From: a virus
Lineage: Duplodnaviria; Caudoviricetes
Length of the DNA stretch: 56,904 nucleotides
Strand: one strand, 5' to 3'
IMG/VR virus record: IMGVR_UViG_3300024355_000518
Span: 1 to 56,904 of that record
The notes beneath the pieces were generated by a model that did not search any database, was not told the DNA's origin, and saw nothing but the letters and a program-made list of their open reading frames with translations. Shown here piece by piece: positions 54,424-56,904 of this stretch; position 1 is the first letter of the stretch; each line of letters opens with the position of its first letter. A program made the translations under genes and the position numbers.

Positions 54424-54592
54424 GGGAATCCTCCGTTGTTAATTCGTTTGTTAATGATGTTACTAAATCGGGATGATTCTTTAATGCGTTAGCTAAGATG
54501 TCGAACAAGTAATGACCGCTATCTTGACTGATATACATGTGTCGATATAAGATGTCAACTAATTCGCCAGCTATTTTGATATGATTGTCCAT
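54416..54592 (-). CDS. Small hypothetical protein (about 58 aa, MDNHIKIAGELVDIL...), not in the ORF track
   Basis: Translated by hand; AAGGA RBS; fills the gap after the dUTPase gene. Confidence 0.55.
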   Translation of the reverse strand: MDNHIKIAGELVDILYRHMYISQDSGHYLFDILANALKNHPDLVTSLTNELTTEDSHG

Positions 54593-54603
54593 TAAAGTTT
54601 TCC

Positions 54604-55038
54604 TTATTTGTTAGTACTACCGAAGCCGCCATCTCCCCGTTGAGTGGGGACTAAAAAAGATTGCCTATTATATATCGGTACGATGATGGGAATTATTAAC
54701 AGTTGAGCTAGGCGGTCCCCAACTTGGTACCATTCCACTTGCTTACTACTATCGATGGGCATCATTTTTATCTTGACTTCTCCCCGGTAGTCACTATCGA
54801 TGAGGCCAATAGTATTAGCCAACATCAAATTCCTGCCCGAGATACTGCTACGGGGTAGGATGAGGCCGGCGTACCCCTCCGGTATGGCCATCATTAACCC
54901 GGTATAGTAAGTAGCGATACTCCCTTCTTTTACTACGTCGGTCGAGATGAGGTCCACTGCTGCCGAACCTGGAGTGGAAGGAGACAATTGATATTGTTCC
55001 AGCTTTGATTGAACAAAAGGAATGTAAATGTGACTCAT
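54604..55038 (-). CDS. dut: Trimeric dUTPase
   Basis: AAVDL, PRSSI, GLIDSDYRGE, RLAQL and RGDGGFGST motifs. Confidence 0.95.
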   Translation of the reverse strand: MSHIYIPFVQSKLEQYQLSPSTPGSAAVDLISTDVVKEGSIATYYTGLMMAIPEGYAGLILPRSSISGRNLMLANTIGLIDSDYRGEVKIKMMPIDSSKQVEWYQVGDRLAQLLIIPIIVPIYNRQSFLVPTQRGDGGFGSTNK

Positions 55039-55046
55039 AAAATCTC

Positions 55047-55463
55047 CTATATAATGTTTGCCCTTATTAATATCGACACGAGGATAGCAAAACTAAAGCA
55101 AATATCCAGACCGAAAAATACTTGATAAGGATATCCTAAAACATGTCTTTCCCTAAGCTCTTCACCATCATCAAAGTTTTCTAAATCTTGCCAATTGTTA
55201 GCCCACACGAAACCGAAATAAATTTTCCATACCATGTAACTGAAAGCGTTGCTCATCACAGTGATGATGACTGCCAAAAACATGGCGTAAGGACCGAGTG
55301 CGTTGGCCAAAGCGGCAAAGTAAGTGGCGATAGATAACATGCAATGGTATGATAGCGTTTCCAAATCGCGCCCCTTCCACGAGATGAGGTTGGGAGTTTG
55401 CCACACGAAATTGACCAAAAAGAAACCGATACCTAACAAAATATAATCTCCAGTACTTAACAT
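55047..55463 (-). CDS. Multi-pass membrane protein
   Basis: About four hydrophobic segments in 138 aa. Confidence 0.65.
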   Translation of the reverse strand: MLSTGDYILLGIGFFLVNFVWQTPNLISWKGRDLETLSYHCMLSIATYFAALANALGPYAMFLAVIITVMSNAFSYMVWKIYFGFVWANNWQDLENFDDGEELRERHVLGYPYQVFFGLDICFSFAILVSILIRANII

Positions 55464-55498
55464 AAAGTGTCCTTTCGTATCAAATGTTATTGATGTCT

Positions 55499-55957
55499 TT
55501 ACATCATTCTCTCCACAACATAATCGGCATATCGTTCCAAGTCATCGTATCCCTCGTCGAGGGCATCCCTATACTTGAGATGGAAATGGATAACGTTGGC
55601 ATAATGCAATTGAAACCAGGACAGTTCAACCATCTTCCTAATATCGTCTATCACAACGGTATCACTATTCATCTTAGCGATATCTTTACCTGTTAACCGA
55701 CACCAGTATGAGGAGTCATTTTGACGGCGGCTTTCCCCTAGCTGAATCAATTCACCTCGTACCGATTTACCGGAAGGGAGAATGATATCCTTGTCCCCCT
55801 GTTTCTTTGACATGATAAGGCTGCGATGTTGGGGGTATATTTGAGCCAGTTCATTGCGGATACCGTCAGCCAGTGATAAGACGGGAGCATTGAAGAGATT
55901 GGCTAACGTGGTCTTCCCTGCTCCGATGCCGTTGGCACTGATGAGAATAATTTTCAT
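55499..55957 (-). CDS. P-loop dNMP kinase-like protein
   Basis: GIGAGKTT, LADGIR, R.ELIQLG...R...YW and VIDDIR..E. Confidence 0.75.
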   Translation of the reverse strand: MKIILISANGIGAGKTTLANLFNAPVLSLADGIRNELAQIYPQHRSLIMSKKQGDKDIILPSGKSVRGELIQLGESRRQNDSSYWCRLTGKDIAKMNSDTVVIDDIRKMVELSWFQLHYANVIHFHLKYRDALDEGYDDLERYADYVVERMM

Positions 55958-56172
55958 TAGTAACCTCCTTTGTTAAACCACCCATTACCTGTTAAATGAA
56001 ACGATGTTCTACTTATTAGTCGTTCCCATTCATGATATCGGACATCCCCATCGGGGGAGCAGGGAACGTCTCCGACATCCTCCCCTTCTGGTTCCCTGTC
56101 GAGGTCAGCTACCGACCTCAGAACGGTTACCAAATGACTACACTTCTTACATTTCCATTGATATAGTGGCAT
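55957..56172 (-). CDS. FmdB-family zinc-ribbon protein
   Basis: MPLYQWKCKKC...ERLIS...F.LTGNGWF. Confidence 0.75.
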   Translation of the reverse strand: MPLYQWKCKKCSHLVTVLRSVADLDREPEGEDVGDVPCSPDGDVRYHEWERLISRTSFHLTGNGWFNKGGY

Positions 56173-56187
56173 AACGTTACTCCCTTG

Positions 56188-56457
56188 TTATTCATCTTCT
56201 ATCGGAGATAAGGCAACAGTGTATACCCCATCCTCGACATAGCCTGTATTATTTTTCCATCCGAGGTCCTCTAAGAGGGAAATGATTTCATAAGGTGGAC
56301 TACCTCCCGTTGACCAATAACTACCTAAATATTCCTCCCTCATCGATACTTCGAGATAATGCTTTTTCCGTTCAACGGTAGCTTTCCATTGAGGGAACCG
56401 TTGAAAGAGTAACCTTAAATCATTTAGTACCTTTGATGAGGAGGCACTTGATGTCAT
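56188..56457 (-). CDS. Hypothetical protein
   Basis: 89 aa; ATGA overlap with pentapeptide protein 2. Confidence 0.6.
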   Translation of the reverse strand: MTSSASSSKVLNDLRLLFQRFPQWKATVERKKHYLEVSMREEYLGSYWSTGGSPPYEIISLLEDLGWKNNTGYVEDGVYTVALSPIEDE

Positions 56458-56904
56458 AAAACGACCTTCCCTGTTAATAGTTTGTAGTACAATTTTATTA
56501 CTTGATAATGTTGGTCAATTTCTTGCTCGGAAAATTGAGCTTTTTCACCTATCTCTTTATACTTTTGCAACCATATATCCCAATCGTGCTCCTCACAGCC
56601 GATGCGAAGAGTATGGGGACTAGCTACCCCATTGAATTTGCCTATAAAAAACTGATATATGGGGTACGGTGTCTTAGCACCGGACAAGTTAGCACGGGAC
56701 AAGTCAGCACCGACCAAGTTAGCACAGGACAAGTCAGCACCGAACAAGTTAGCACAGGACAAGTCAGCACCGGACAATATAGCACGGGACAAGGTAGCAC
56801 GGGACAAGTTAGCACCGACCAAGTTAGCACCGGACAAGTTAGCACGGGACAAGTCAGCACCGACCAAGTTAGCACAGGACAAGTCAGCACCGAACAAGTT
56901 AGCA
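56454..56904 (-). CDS. Pentapeptide-repeat protein 2, C-terminal part (A[DN]LxX repeats plus a C-terminal domain with LRIGCEEH..W)
   Basis: ORF track 56454..56897 has pentapeptide repeats followed by a non-repeat domain. The true start lies across the junction at 210. Confidence 0.85.
   Translation of the reverse strand, partial: ANLFGADLSCANLVGADLSRANLSGANLVGANLSRATLSRAILSGADLSCANLFGADLSCANLVGADLSRANLSGAKTPYPIYQFFIGKFNGVASPHTLRIGCEEHDWDIWLQKYKEIGEKAQFSEQEIDQHYQVIKLYYKLLTGKVVL
56778..56904. repeat. Second copy of the 127-bp terminal overlap
   Basis: Identical to 1-127. Confidence 0.9.

Noticed and set aside
54673-54700. Additional sigma-28-like sites (ACCGATAT near 54673; GCCGATAT near 47046; GCCGATAA at 5403, 17851 and 37731)
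   Set aside because: They have a -10 match only, with a poor or wrongly spaced -35, so they were not counted.

Overview
This is an apparently complete, circularly assembled dsDNA tailed-phage genome of about 56,777 bp; bases 1-127 equal bases 56778-56904. The layout is podovirus-like and bipartite. The + strand (about 4.6-39.4 kb) encodes an HNH nuclease, TerS, fibre-like proteins, TerL, portal, an M15 peptidase, scaffold, capsid, tail fibres, tail tube/nozzle-like proteins and five large internal virion proteins. The - strand (4.3 kb back through the contig junction to 39.4 kb) encodes small early genes, two pentapeptide-repeat paralogues, nucleotide metabolism (dUTPase, ThyX, class II RNR, a dNMP kinase-like protein), an intein-containing family A DNA polymerase, Cas4-like and RuvC-like nucleases and a DinG-like helicase. 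I recognised no integrase, RNA polymerase, sigma factor, primase or DnaB. Most striking: (1) the promoter logic looks inverted, with seven sigma-28/FliA-type promoters (TAAAG/TCAAG...CCGATAA) on the early/replication arm and eight sigma-70-type promoters on the virion arm, suggesting coupling to a flagellated, possibly biphasic predatory (Bdellovibrionota-like) host; (2) a ~430-nt, promoter-driven, pseudoknot-rich non-coding element lies between the HNH gene and TerS; (3) a promoter-preceded GTAC-box array lies at 29.4 kb; (4) a polar TAACAGGTAA motif is confined to the early region; (5) the intein ends in Gln. All calls come from reading motifs by eye; no database searches were run.
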